The notes under the pieces: generated by a model
What the model was told of the DNA's origin: nothing
The model's database searches: none
The model's input: the letters and a program-made list of their open reading frames with translations, nothing else
Assembly: GCA_964342695.1 (NCBI GenBank)
Contig: CAYFFV010000010.1
Coordinates: 5,146 to 69,145 of the forward strand
Direction of reading: 5' to 3'
DNA: 64,000 nt
Source: an uncultured Vicinamibacteraceae bacterium
Lineage (GTDB): Bacteria > Acidobacteriota > Vicinamibacteria > Vicinamibacterales > UBA8438
Shown here: positions 1-9,379 of the stretch, piece after piece
Layout: every line of letters starts with the position of its first letter
Position numbering within the stretch: the first letter of the stretch is position 1
Made by a program: the position numbers and the translations under genes

Positions 1-590
1 TGGGTTCGACCCTTAAAACTGGCGTTGTAAATGATTTGCCACCGATAGACACGTGTGCTCTTGCTGTAGAGCTCGGTGCCACGTTTGTTGCGCGTTCATT
101 TTCTGGTGATAAGAAACAGTTGCAAGCGATTTTAAAAGCAGCTATTAGTCATCGTGGGACGGCTATGATTGATGTTCTTTCGCCCTGCGTGACATTTAAC
201 GATCATGAAGGTTCGACGAAGAGTTACTCATATGTAAAGGATCACGGTGATCCACTAGAAGAGATTAATTTTGTTCCGTTTTTTGATGACATAACTGTCG
301 AGTATGAGCCAGGCACGACGCAAGAGGTGGCTATGCACGATGGCTCAAAATTGTATTTGACCAAACTCGCCGAAGACTATGATCCTTTAAATAAGATTGA
401 AGCGCTACGCGTGTTGACGGAAACGGCGCGTCGTGGAGAATATGCGACTGGATTAATATATCTAGAGCCTGATAAAGATGACTTTTTAACACTGTTGAAT
501 CTCGTTGACAAACCACTTGCGCGACTGTCTCAGGATGAGGTTCGGCCAAAACAGTCTGCTCTCGATAAAATTATGAATGACTTGCGTTAG
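1..590 (+). CDS. korB: 2-oxoacid:ferredoxin oxidoreductase beta subunit (KorB-like), C-terminal fragment; the 5' end lies outside the window
   Basis: The frame is open from the window edge. GTAMIDVLSPCVTFNDHEGSTKSYSYVKDH resembles the conserved C-terminal half of KorB/OorB. The TTG at 36 in the ORF track is internal. Confidence 0.75.
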   Translation, partial: GSTLKTGVVNDLPPIDTCALAVELGATFVARSFSGDKKQLQAILKAAISHRGTAMIDVLSPCVTFNDHEGSTKSYSYVKDHGDPLEEINFVPFFDDITVEYEPGTTQEVAMHDGSKLYLTKLAEDYDPLNKIEALRVLTETARRGEYATGLIYLEPDKDDFLTLLNLVDKPLARLSQDEVRPKQSALDKIMNDLR

Positions 591-682
591 GCTGGGTATG
601 TTGGTTTTAAAAATGTGTAATCTGGTTAAGTGGGTCTTAACTGCTCCCGGATATCTGATGAAACTCGTTGGTAGACTCTGAC

Positions 683-1102
683 ATGCAACAAACATTAGCG
701 ATTATCAAGCCTGATGCGGTCTCTCGCCTTCACATTGGAGAAATTCTTCACCGAATCGAGGATGAGGGTTTCAAGATTGTGGCTTTAAAAATGGTGTCTC
801 TGACAAAAAGCCAGGCCGAAGGCTTTTATGCCGTCCACAGTGAAAGAGCTTTTTTTAATAGTTTGACAGATTTTATGTCGTCCGGTCCTGTCGTGGTCAT
901 AGCCCTTGAGGGTGAAGACGTTATTAATGGCTGGCGGCGTTTGATGGGTGAGACTGATCCTGCAAAGGCGGCACTGGGAACGTTGAGGCGAGAATACGGA
1001 GCCGCAATTGAGAATAATGCGACTCATGGCTCAGATGCGCCAGAGACCGCAGCGTTTGAGTTGAATTATTTCTTTACAACTCTCGAGTTAAGTGCCAAAT
1101 GA
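683..1102 (+). CDS. ndk: nucleoside diphosphate kinase
   Basis: MQQTLAIIKPDAV start and NATHGSD active-site His motif. ATG 683 is preferred over the in-frame TTG at 668. Confidence 0.95.
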   Translation: MQQTLAIIKPDAVSRLHIGEILHRIEDEGFKIVALKMVSLTKSQAEGFYAVHSERAFFNSLTDFMSSGPVVVIALEGEDVINGWRRLMGETDPAKAALGTLRREYGAAIENNATHGSDAPETAAFELNYFFTTLELSAK

Positions 1103-1120
1103 AATAGGTGAGTATTTTTC

Positions 1121-1321
1121 ATGGTGATGGGGCGAATGATAGTCGTGATTGGATTGGCGATTGCGGGCGCCGGATGTTTGGTGTTGATGGGTTTGCCTCT
1201 GGGACGATTACCTGGGGATATTATTTATAGGCGGGGAGGCTCCACGATTTACATACCGTTGGCGACATCGATTTTATTTAGTGTTCTGTTGACGTGTATG
1301 TCACTTTTCGTTCGGCGGTAA
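1121..1321 (+). CDS. small membrane protein, DUF2905-like
   Basis: 66 aa with two hydrophobic segments. LPGDIIYRRGGSTIYIPLATSILFSVLLT resembles the DUF2905 family pattern. Confidence 0.6.
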   Translation: MVMGRMIVVIGLAIAGAGCLVLMGLPLGRLPGDIIYRRGGSTIYIPLATSILFSVLLTCMSLFVRR

Positions 1322-1338
1322 ATAGTTAAGGTGACGAG

Positions 1339-1893
1339 ATGGCTATTAAATCAGATTCCTGGATCAAGCGGATGGCGACTGAAAAGGGGATGATTGATCC
1401 TTTCGAAGAGAGTCAGGTGCGAGAAGGCGTTATCTCTTACGGGGTTTCATCTTACGGGTATGACATTCGCGTGGCCGATGAATTTAAGATCTTTACTAAC
1501 ATAAATAACACAATGATCGACCCGAAAAAATTTGATCCTCGCTCATTTGTTGATTTGAAAGCTGATGTCTGTATCGTGCCGCCGAATTCGTTCGCGTTGG
1601 CTCGAACGATTGAGTATTTCAGAATTCCTCGAGATGTGCTTACTGTCTGCCTCGGTAAGTCGACGTATGCAAGGTGTGGAATTATCGTGAATGTGACTCC
1701 TTTTGAGCCTGAATGGGAGGGAACGGCGACACTTGAGATATCAAATACAACACCCTTGCCTGCAAAAATTTATGCGAATGAAGGAATAGCCCAAGTTCTG
1801 TTTTTTCAAAGCGATGAGGTTTGCACAACATCCTACGCGGATAAGAAAGGAAAGTACCAGTCCCAAAAAGAAGTAACTCTGCCTAAAATCTGA
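1339..1893 (+). CDS. dcd: dCTP deaminase
   Basis: 184 aa. [20 protein letters not shown] and the GxSTYARCG-like region are typical of Dcd. Confidence 0.9.
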   Translation: MAIKSDSWIKRMATEKGMIDPFEESQVREGVISYGVSSYGYDIRVADEFKIFTNINNTMIDPKKFDPRSFVDLKADVCIVPPNSFALARTIEYFRIPRDVLTVCLGKSTYARCGIIVNVTPFEPEWEGTATLEISNTTPLPAKIYANEGIAQVLFFQSDEVCTTSYADKKGKYQSQKEVTLPKI

Positions 1894-1992
1894 TTGGCTA
1901 GGCGCTTGACCAATATTTGGTCTTCATAGTACGCTTGCACGGTTTTTCAATTGATAGCTATGAAAAGTAGTGAGAACATTCATAAATTTGGT

Positions 1993-2019
1993 TGTCTCTT
2001 CTGTCTCTTTCTGTCTCTT
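1993..2019 (+). repeat. three direct copies of TGTCTCTT spaced 9-10 bp, 17 nt upstream of the HEAT-repeat gene start
   Basis: Read directly: tgtctctt c tgtctctt tc tgtctctt at 1993-2000, 2002-2009 and 2012-2019. Confidence 0.9.
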
Positions 2020-2035
2020 AAACCTTTAAATTCTA

Positions 2036-2929
2036 ATGACAAAGCTTGATGAGCGCGAGGCCGCTTCAGACGGCACTTCGATCAAAAATGTTCCATCCCT
2101 AGCAGTCCAGTTTTTCCTGATTCCCTTGGCGGTCGTAGGTGTGGTTGTTTTGATTTACGGCGGGTTCCGGATGCTGGTGATGGATGAGCGGACCCCGGAG
2201 GAGTACTTAAATGATGTTCGGGTCGGCGGTCGAGAGCGCCGCTGGCCTGCAGCTTACGAGCTTTCGAGACTTCTTGCTGATCCGGGAATTCAAGGTCAGT
2301 ATCCTGGTATTGGATCGGCTGTCGTTGATGCATTTGCAGGATCAGAGGGTGACGATCCCCGAGTTAGAAGATATCTTGCATTGGCTGTCGGACGGCTCGC
2401 TGTGCTTCCGGAGAACGCTGTACGTGAATTATTGACGGGGCTTGAAGATCCTGACTCTGAAACGGTCATCAGTGTTATTTGGGCCTTAGCGGCCACAGGG
2501 GATTCGGCGGTTGTAGACCCTCTTGAGAAAATGTATGAATCAGATGATGCGGGTATAAGAAAAATGACTGTCTATGCTCTTGGGGTGCTGCCGAGTTCTG
2601 CAGAAGCAGAGACGCTCCAGAGGGCTCTTATTGATGAGGTTCCCGATGTGAGATGGAACGCGGCATTGGCCCTTGCTCGTCATAGACGGGAAGAAGGTGT
2701 TACAGTTTTAAGACAGATGCTCGACAGAGAATATGTTGAGCGCAACGTGAGTCGGACCCCCGCGAGGAGTGCTAATATAGATCCTGTTGCGGAAGTGATG
2801 GTCAGCAGCTTGCAAGCGGTGGGGGTTTTGCAAGCTATTGAGTTTCGTTCTGAAGTAGTGCGGCTTAGCGAGAACGACGCGAGTCTCAGAGTTCGTGAAG
2901 TCGCGATGAAGACATTAGAAATGCTGTAA
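2036..2929 (+). CDS. membrane-anchored HEAT-repeat protein
   Basis: N-terminal TM segment (LAVQFFLIPLAVVGVVVLIYGGF). Repeated D-x-x-VR-x-x-A-x-x-AL units (DPRVRRYLALAV, DAGIRKMTVYAL, PDVRWNAALALA, LRVREVAMKTL). Confidence 0.7.
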   Translation: MTKLDEREAASDGTSIKNVPSLAVQFFLIPLAVVGVVVLIYGGFRMLVMDERTPEEYLNDVRVGGRERRWPAAYELSRLLADPGIQGQYPGIGSAVVDAFAGSEGDDPRVRRYLALAVGRLAVLPENAVRELLTGLEDPDSETVISVIWALAATGDSAVVDPLEKMYESDDAGIRKMTVYALGVLPSSAEAETLQRALIDEVPDVRWNAALALARHRREEGVTVLRQMLDREYVERNVSRTPARSANIDPVAEVMVSSLQAVGVLQAIEFRSEVVRLSENDASLRVREVAMKTLEML

Positions 2930-2993
2930 GTCTAGATTTTGTGATTTCGGATGAATGTTTGAGTAAACGTGCCGAAAGAAGGAAAACGATTTA

Positions 2994-3623
2994 ATGGTGG
3001 ACGAACCGAAACCCGACGATAGACCTGAAGCAAAAGCGGCGCCTGATTTAAGTGGCAAGACAACGAGTGCTGCAGCCAAAAAAAAGGTGGCTCCCAAGGC
3101 AGCGAAGCCTCCAGACGATACCTCGCCGCTGATGTCCAGACGTGGTTGGTTGACATTGTCATGGGGGGCTTTTACGGCTGGTAGTGCAGGCTGTCTGGCT
3201 GCAACAGGTCGGTTCCTTTTCCCTAATGTCTTAAATGAGCCGCCTCAGCAGTTTACAATCGGATTTCCCGATGAGTATGCAGATGGTGTGGATGAGCGCT
3301 GGAAGGACCGGTTTGGTATTTGGATAGTCAAGACGCCATTCGATGTTGTTCATGAAGCACCTGGTTTCTATGCGTTGTTTTCTATCTGCACGCATTTGGG
3401 TTGTACCCCAAATTGGCTCTCAGCTGAAAACAAGTTCAAATGCCCCTGTCATGGCAGCGGATTTCGTCCGACTGGTGTTAATTTTGAGGGACCGGCGCCT
3501 CGCCCGCTGGAGCGTACGAGAATTTTCATGGCGGAGGATGGACAAATCACGATTGATAAGAGTCGCAAGTTTCAAAATGAACTTGGGCAGTGGAATGATT
3601 CCGATTCGTTTCTCGAGGTATAG
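2994..3623 (+). CDS. Rieske [2Fe-2S] subunit of a cytochrome bc/b6f-type complex, with a long K/A/P-rich N-terminal tail and a twin-arginine motif
   Basis: CTHLGC...CPCHGSGF cluster-binding boxes. SRRGWLTL followed by a hydrophobic segment. An AAGGA-like RBS lies before ATG 2994. An alternative start is M47 at 3132. Confidence 0.9.
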   Translation: MVDEPKPDDRPEAKAAPDLSGKTTSAAAKKKVAPKAAKPPDDTSPLMSRRGWLTLSWGAFTAGSAGCLAATGRFLFPNVLNEPPQQFTIGFPDEYADGVDERWKDRFGIWIVKTPFDVVHEAPGFYALFSICTHLGCTPNWLSAENKFKCPCHGSGFRPTGVNFEGPAPRPLERTRIFMAEDGQITIDKSRKFQNELGQWNDSDSFLEV

Positions 3624-3631
3624 AAAAAGAT

Positions 3632-4447
3632 ATGGCCGATACCAAGACCATTGAACCAAAAGAGGGCGCATTAACGCGATTGTGGAATTGGTTGACTGAG
3701 ACCCAGATCTGGACGTCGATCTTTAGGCATGGCGCTCCAGTGAATGATCGCAATCGTGTGTTAGTGATGCTGTCAAACATATTTCTTCATCTGCACCCAG
3801 TACGGTTAAAGAAACACGGTGTGCGACTTCGCTACACTTGGTGCATGGGAGGGCTAAGCTTCTTTTTGTTTTTGGTTCTCACGTTCACCGGGTTACTGCT
3901 GATGTTTTACTATCGTCCAACCCTCGAATATGCGTACTCCGATATTGTAGGTCTGCGAGAGCATGTTCCTCTTGGAATTATGCGCGAAATGCACCGATGG
4001 GGTGCCCACGCAATGGTTATTACAGTCTGGCTTCATATGTTCCGCGTTTTTATGACGGGTTCATATAAGCCGCCACGAGAATTTAACTGGAACGTTGGGG
4101 TCATCATGTTGGTTCTTACTCTGTTGCTCTCGTTTACGGGGTACTTGCTGCCATGGGATCAGTTAGCAATATGGGCAATTACGGTTGGATCGAACATGGC
4201 AAGGGCTACACCTTTTCTAGGTTATGAAGGGCCCGGCGCCTCACTGCTTGCACTGGGTGATGTCCAGTTGGTTCACTCGAGAGATGATGTTAGATTTGCG
4301 CTTCTCGGTGGGACTTTTGTGGGAGAAGGCGCGCTTCTACGTTTTTATGTTCTGCACTGCGTTGCCTTGCCGCTGGTGATTGGTTTTCTGATGGCGATTC
4401 ATTTTTGGCGGGTGCGTAAAGATGGAGGCATATCAGGGCCTCTCTAA
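3632..4447 (+). CDS. cytochrome b, b6-like N-terminal half (four-helix, di-heme part)
   Basis: [23 protein letters not shown] and [15 protein letters not shown] motifs are typical of cytochrome b/b6. The 271-aa length indicates a split cytochrome b. Confidence 0.9.
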   Translation: MADTKTIEPKEGALTRLWNWLTETQIWTSIFRHGAPVNDRNRVLVMLSNIFLHLHPVRLKKHGVRLRYTWCMGGLSFFLFLVLTFTGLLLMFYYRPTLEYAYSDIVGLREHVPLGIMREMHRWGAHAMVITVWLHMFRVFMTGSYKPPREFNWNVGVIMLVLTLLLSFTGYLLPWDQLAIWAITVGSNMARATPFLGYEGPGASLLALGDVQLVHSRDDVRFALLGGTFVGEGALLRFYVLHCVALPLVIGFLMAIHFWRVRKDGGISGPL

Positions 4448-4468
4448 AAATTGTGAGACAGATTGATT

Positions 4469-5542
4469 ATGGATGCACTTAAGGAGTTTTTTAATTTTTT
4501 TGCCGACCCGCGCGCATTTTTTCTGCTTACCGTTGTCGCACTGTTTGTGATTGTTTGGAAACGAGAGGCGTTTTCGAAGGATAGTGTTGGGTATGGAATC
4601 CTTGGGTTTTTGGCCGTCTTTTTTGCCTTTGGTCTCACAGATGAGAATTTTCGTCTGATTGTTGCGAAACCTGATAATGTGCCAATTGTTTTTTTGATAT
4701 TCCTCGTTGTTTTCTTTACGTGGTTTTCTATTCGAGAGGGTGTTCGTAACGATCAGCGAATTGCACGAGGTGAAGATCCTATTGAAAAAGATGAAAGCGA
4801 CAGAGTCTGGGTATGGCCAGATCTGGTGTACACCGAGCTGATTGCTCTGATTTTGTGCACAGCAGTATTGATCGTATGGTCGATTGGACTAGAGGCACCT
4901 ATTGAACAGCCAGCAAATGCTGCTAACACACCGAATCCCTCAAAGGCGCCATGGTATTTCTTGGGCTTGCAGGAAATGTTGGTCTATTTTGACCCATGGT
5001 TGGCTGGTGTGCTTCTGCCAACCTTTATTATCGTTGGTCTGATGGCAATTCCGTATGTAGACACGAACCCCAAAGGAAATGGTTACTACACGTTTGCCGA
5101 GCGAAAAGTTGAAATTGTCTTATTTCTCTTTGGTTTTCTAATTCTGTGGAATGCTCTAATCGTGCTTGGCACGTTTTTGAGGGGCCCAAATTGGAATTTC
5201 TTTGGACCTTTTGAATACTGGGATATTCATAAACTCGAGGCGCTAACAAATGTTCAATTATCGGATGTTATTTGGGTGCGCATGTTAGGTCAACCGCTTC
5301 CTGAGAACATGTTTGTGCGAGAGATTTTTGGATTGCTGTTGTCGTTTGCTTATGTTGCAGTTTTACCGGTTGTAATGGCAAAGATGCTAAAGGGGTACTA
5401 TGAAAAGCTTGGTCCAACTCGTTTTTATGTAACTGCTGTTCTGTTTTTAATGATGATGTCGTTGCCTGTTAAGATGCTAACGCGGTGGATTTTTAACTTG
5501 AAGTACATCGTTTCGCTCCCGGAGATATTTTTTAACATCTAG
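4469..5542 (+). CDS. cytochrome b C-terminal part / subunit IV-like protein, extended with extra TM helices
   Basis: PNPSKAPWYFLGLQEMLVYF corresponds to the PEWY-loop region of cytochrome b/PetD. It is multi-TM and much longer than the PetD length I recall. ATG 4469 is preferred over TTG 4463. Confidence 0.8.
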   Translation: MDALKEFFNFFADPRAFFLLTVVALFVIVWKREAFSKDSVGYGILGFLAVFFAFGLTDENFRLIVAKPDNVPIVFLIFLVVFFTWFSIREGVRNDQRIARGEDPIEKDESDRVWVWPDLVYTELIALILCTAVLIVWSIGLEAPIEQPANAANTPNPSKAPWYFLGLQEMLVYFDPWLAGVLLPTFIIVGLMAIPYVDTNPKGNGYYTFAERKVEIVLFLFGFLILWNALIVLGTFLRGPNWNFFGPFEYWDIHKLEALTNVQLSDVIWVRMLGQPLPENMFVREIFGLLLSFAYVAVLPVVMAKMLKGYYEKLGPTRFYVTAVLFLMMMSLPVKMLTRWIFNLKYIVSLPEIFFNI

Positions 5543-5642
5543 GGCGATATGATCAAAAGGTTGGCGCCGGCTAATTCTAAATTTTGGTATGAATTGTTGA
5601 TCGGCTCGTCGATCCATAACAAGAAGGTGAGTGCGGGGTTAA

Positions 5643-8531
5643 ATGGCTGACAAGAAGTCTGTTGGACATGCGTACAACATTGATTTTTTGAATGTAGTGT
5701 TTGCTGCATCGAGCATCTTTATGTTCGTTACGACGATCATGATGGTCTGGGATGACTACGACAGGGAGTGGAAGGATTATCAGAGACGTTTTGTGCAGTT
5801 GGAGAGAGAGGTGACTCAAGCGAGTCTGGTCGCCGCGCAAGGTGTGTTAGATCCAGCTGAAGTCGAGCAACTCAGGACTGAGCGGGCTCAAGCGGCAGCC
5901 GAACTTGAGGCAAGTCGAGCTCAGGTCGATGAACTAGAATCGCAACTTGACGGAGTGGAGGCTCTGCTTTATACGACGACCCAAGAATATCAAGGTCTTA
6001 AGGCTGTATACGATGTTGAGCGCTATGAGTATGAAGAGTTGGTCGATCAGCACCCAGAAGATGCGGAAGCGGAGCGACCCCGGATAGAAGAGATGTACGA
6101 AGAGTGGCTAGCGTTGGGTCTAGACGTTGAGCGACAAACAGCTGAACGGGATGGAATACGTGATGAAATTTCAGCTTTTACGATGAGGGTCACTGAGGTT
6201 GATGCCGAGTTAAGGGCATTGACAGGCGAAGTGGACCGCCTGTCAGCTCGTGTCGATGATCTTCAGCCAAGTCTGGTTAATGACCTGGTCTTTAACGCGC
6301 CGCTTCTTGATTTCATGGCACCTACGATTACCGTTCGCCAGGTCATCACACCGAATATCGTTGATGATGTTAACTTTACGCGAGTAGCTAAGATGGATCG
6401 CTGCACGACCTGTCATCTTGCAATTGATAGAGAGGGTTACGAGGACTACCCGCAGCCCTTTCGTACACATTCAAATCTTGATGCGTATGTAGGGAGCGCG
6501 TCTCCTCATCCAGTCCAGCAGTACGGATGTACTGTGTGTCACGAGGGTATGGGACAATCGATAAGCTTTAAACATTCCTCCCATACGCCAGGTGATTTGC
6601 ATGTGCCGCATATGACGGGTGACGTAGATGCCCACGGGGAACACGCTGAGACGAGTGGGGATCAGACAAGAGCGTGGAAGAGCGATCTCGGTTGGGAAGA
6701 GCCTCATTTGTGGGATTATCCAATGCTTCCAACAGAGATGACGGAGGCGTCGTGCGGTAAATGTCATGGCGGATCTGTGTACGTGCCGGAAGGCCCGAAG
6801 TTGAGCGAAGCGTACGGACTCTATGAACGTGCTGGTTGCTATGCGTGCCACAAGAGTGAGGGATTTGAGGGTCTCCGCAATCCTGGCCCAGATCTCACGA
6901 AAATTAGTTCAAAACTTGAGCCAGAGTGGGTGGCTAGATGGATTAGGGACCCGAGGGCTGTCAAGGCTAGCACTTGGATGCCGCGCGTCTGGTATAACTC
7001 AAATACCAGTGATCCTGAGGACGTAGCAAGGAATGAAGCGGAAATTGACTCAGTTGTAGCTTACTTGTTTGAAAATTCAGAAGATCATGAATTTGCTGTG
7101 CCTGATCCGAGAAGTGGAGATGCAGCTAATGGTCAGCAGCTGGTTGAGTCAGTCGGTTGTCTCGCATGCCACATTACTGGCGACGAGACCCGTGTCGAAG
7201 CTGGCCCACGGCGCACCTTCGGTCAGCCACTTCAGAATATCGGCAACAAAACAACCTACGAATGGTTATATGACTGGGTGCGAGATCCGAAACACTTCAG
7301 TCCTGATACGTATATGCCGGATATGCGTCTGACAGAGGACGAGGTGCGTGATGTCGCATCATATCTAGTGACATTAAGAGGCGCAAATGGGATTGAGGCG
7401 CCTGGAACCTACACCGAATCCGATGTTACGGAAGCGTTGACGGATTATTATCGCGCTATTGTTCCGACTGATGAGGCAGTCACGACTGTGGCGGCAATGT
7501 CCTCTGAGGAACAGAAACTTGAACTGGGTAGACGGGTAATTGGGCGTTATGGTTGTTACAGTTGCCACACGATTTCTGGCTTTGAGGATGCCCAACCCAT
7601 CGGGATTGAATTATCCGAGGAGGGCACCAAATTGTTGCCGAGGTTTGATTTTGCCTTCCTGCATCACGAAATACCACATATGAAAGTGGAATGGTTTAAG
7701 CAGAAACTCCGTGCTCCGAGAAGTTGGGATCGCAGTCGAGAGCTGCAACCGCTTGAAAAATTGAGGATGCCGAATTTTGGTTTTTCTGAGGAAGAAGTAA
7801 CTTTATTGACCACGGCGATTATGAGTTTTCAAAGTGAAGTGCAACCAGTTGCTTCGCAAATGCCTAGGTCTGCTAGAAATGATGCACTGGATGCCGGAAG
7901 AAATCTTTCAAGACGCAGAAATTGTATCTCGTGTCACGAAATTGAAGATGTTGGTGGTGAATATCAGGAGCTTGTCGGGGACCCAGCCTTGGCGCCGCCA
8001 CTCCTAACTCCGGAAGGGGCCAAAGTTAGACCGGAGTGGCTATATGCGTTTTTCAGGGCACCAATCCCAATTCGACCCTGGCTTGATGTTAGGATGCCCA
8101 GTTTTCATCTTGAGGATCATGATTGGAATACAGCCCTCGATTATTTTGGGGCCGTTTCCGATGCGATTGGGCCTTTCAGGACACATGACGCATCGGTAAG
8201 TCGTGAGGTAATTGATACAGGCGAGGAACTGTTTGACCTATTGCGGTGCCAGCAGTGTCATGTTTTGGATTCGATTCCTGATGACCAACCTACGGATAAT
8301 CTGGCTCCTGATCTGCGTATGGCCAGAGAAAGATTGCAACCGGATTGGATCGTGGACTGGTTAGTTGCTCCTCTTGATATTCAGCCTGGAACACGAATGC
8401 CGATGTTCTGGACAGAATATCCAGGGTCTTTTTATCCGCAGTTTGATCAGGATGCGATTAGACAAATTGAGTCAGTTCGAGATTACTTGTTAACGTTTTC
8501 TGGCGGCCCGAGTCCTCTAACAGGAAATTAA
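5643..8531 (+). CDS. membrane-anchored octaheme c-type cytochrome with an N-terminal coiled-coil stalk
   Basis: Eight CxxCH motifs (C254, C296, C371, C399, C506, C638, C761, C869). The last five are each followed 47-71 aa later by an M-P motif, which suggests five monoheme class-I-like repeats. N-terminal TM at aa 15-36. Heptad-like E/R/A/L-rich region at about aa 45-215. Confidence 0.9.
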   Translation: MADKKSVGHAYNIDFLNVVFAASSIFMFVTTIMMVWDDYDREWKDYQRRFVQLEREVTQASLVAAQGVLDPAEVEQLRTERAQAAAELEASRAQVDELESQLDGVEALLYTTTQEYQGLKAVYDVERYEYEELVDQHPEDAEAERPRIEEMYEEWLALGLDVERQTAERDGIRDEISAFTMRVTEVDAELRALTGEVDRLSARVDDLQPSLVNDLVFNAPLLDFMAPTITVRQVITPNIVDDVNFTRVAKMDRCTTCHLAIDREGYEDYPQPFRTHSNLDAYVGSASPHPVQQYGCTVCHEGMGQSISFKHSSHTPGDLHVPHMTGDVDAHGEHAETSGDQTRAWKSDLGWEEPHLWDYPMLPTEMTEASCGKCHGGSVYVPEGPKLSEAYGLYERAGCYACHKSEGFEGLRNPGPDLTKISSKLEPEWVARWIRDPRAVKASTWMPRVWYNSNTSDPEDVARNEAEIDSVVAYLFENSEDHEFAVPDPRSGDAANGQQLVESVGCLACHITGDETRVEAGPRRTFGQPLQNIGNKTTYEWLYDWVRDPKHFSPDTYMPDMRLTEDEVRDVASYLVTLRGANGIEAPGTYTESDVTEALTDYYRAIVPTDEAVTTVAAMSSEEQKLELGRRVIGRYGCYSCHTISGFEDAQPIGIELSEEGTKLLPRFDFAFLHHEIPHMKVEWFKQKLRAPRSWDRSRELQPLEKLRMPNFGFSEEEVTLLTTAIMSFQSEVQPVASQMPRSARNDALDAGRNLSRRRNCISCHEIEDVGGEYQELVGDPALAPPLLTPEGAKVRPEWLYAFFRAPIPIRPWLDVRMPSFHLEDHDWNTALDYFGAVSDAIGPFRTHDASVSREVIDTGEELFDLLRCQQCHVLDSIPDDQPTDNLAPDLRMARERLQPDWIVDWLVAPLDIQPGTRMPMFWTEYPGSFYPQFDQDAIRQIESVRDYLLTFSGGPSPLTGN

Positions 8532-8556
8532 CTAGCCTCGAGACTCAAGTATTTAT

Positions 8557-9318
8557 TTATTGTTGGTTAAGTCCAGCGTCTAGATAGAGGAGGGAAGCCA
8601 CTGCACTTTCCTGTACGGTGATGTCGACGAACTCCGAGATAACGGTGCGGTCGAGATTTAACTCTACACTGATAGCTCCATTTCGTTTAGCTTGTTTTAC
8701 AAACTCAGAAGCGGGTCGGACCACGGCCGATGTTCCGATTGAAAGAAACACATCACATAGGCTTCCCTCAATTGCAGTCTGAATATTTTTAGGGTCCAGT
8801 GATTCTCCGAACCATACAACATTTGGCCTTGCAATGCCGCCACAACCCGGACAGAGTGGGGGTAGCGGATCAAGAGGTGTAGTTCGATCTGTCCAGTGTG
8901 CAGGTGACTCTATGCAATTCTTAAGACACTGCAGTTCCCATATTGACCCATGAAGAGGCACGAGCGCCGTGCTTCCCGCTTGCTCGTGTAGTCCATCGAC
9001 GTTCTGTGTTATCAAGGAGAACCTTCTAAAAATCTTCTCCCATTTTGAAAGAATCCGATGGCCCTCATTTGGCCGTGCCTGAGCTACAACTTGTCTCCGG
9101 TGTTCATACCACTCCCATACCGTCACTGGATTCCTTGAAAACGCTTCAAAGGTTGCGAGATTCTCGTGGCGATAGTTTCTCCAAAGTCCGCTCGAACCTC
9201 TGAAGGTGGGAACGCCGCTCTCCGCTGATATCCCAGCACCAGTCAGTACTGTAACCCGGGGGGCGGTCTGTAATAGAAGGACTACCTCATCTAGTAATTT
9301 GCACGATTCTGGACGCAT
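8557..9318 (-). CDS. cobB: NAD-dependent protein deacylase, Sir2 family
   Basis: GAGISAESGVPTFRG, QNVDGLH and the Zn-ribbon cysteines CLKNC...CPGCGG. Confidence 0.9.
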   Translation of the reverse strand: MRPESCKLLDEVVLLLQTAPRVTVLTGAGISAESGVPTFRGSSGLWRNYRHENLATFEAFSRNPVTVWEWYEHRRQVVAQARPNEGHRILSKWEKIFRRFSLITQNVDGLHEQAGSTALVPLHGSIWELQCLKNCIESPAHWTDRTTPLDPLPPLCPGCGGIARPNVVWFGESLDPKNIQTAIEGSLCDVFLSIGTSAVVRPASEFVKQAKRNGAISVELNLDRTVISEFVDITVQESAVASLLYLDAGLNQQ

Positions 9319-9379
9319 GAAAATCTGTCCCGTTGTAGCATTCTATTACTTTGGCGATTGAACTGGGGAGTCGTAGATT

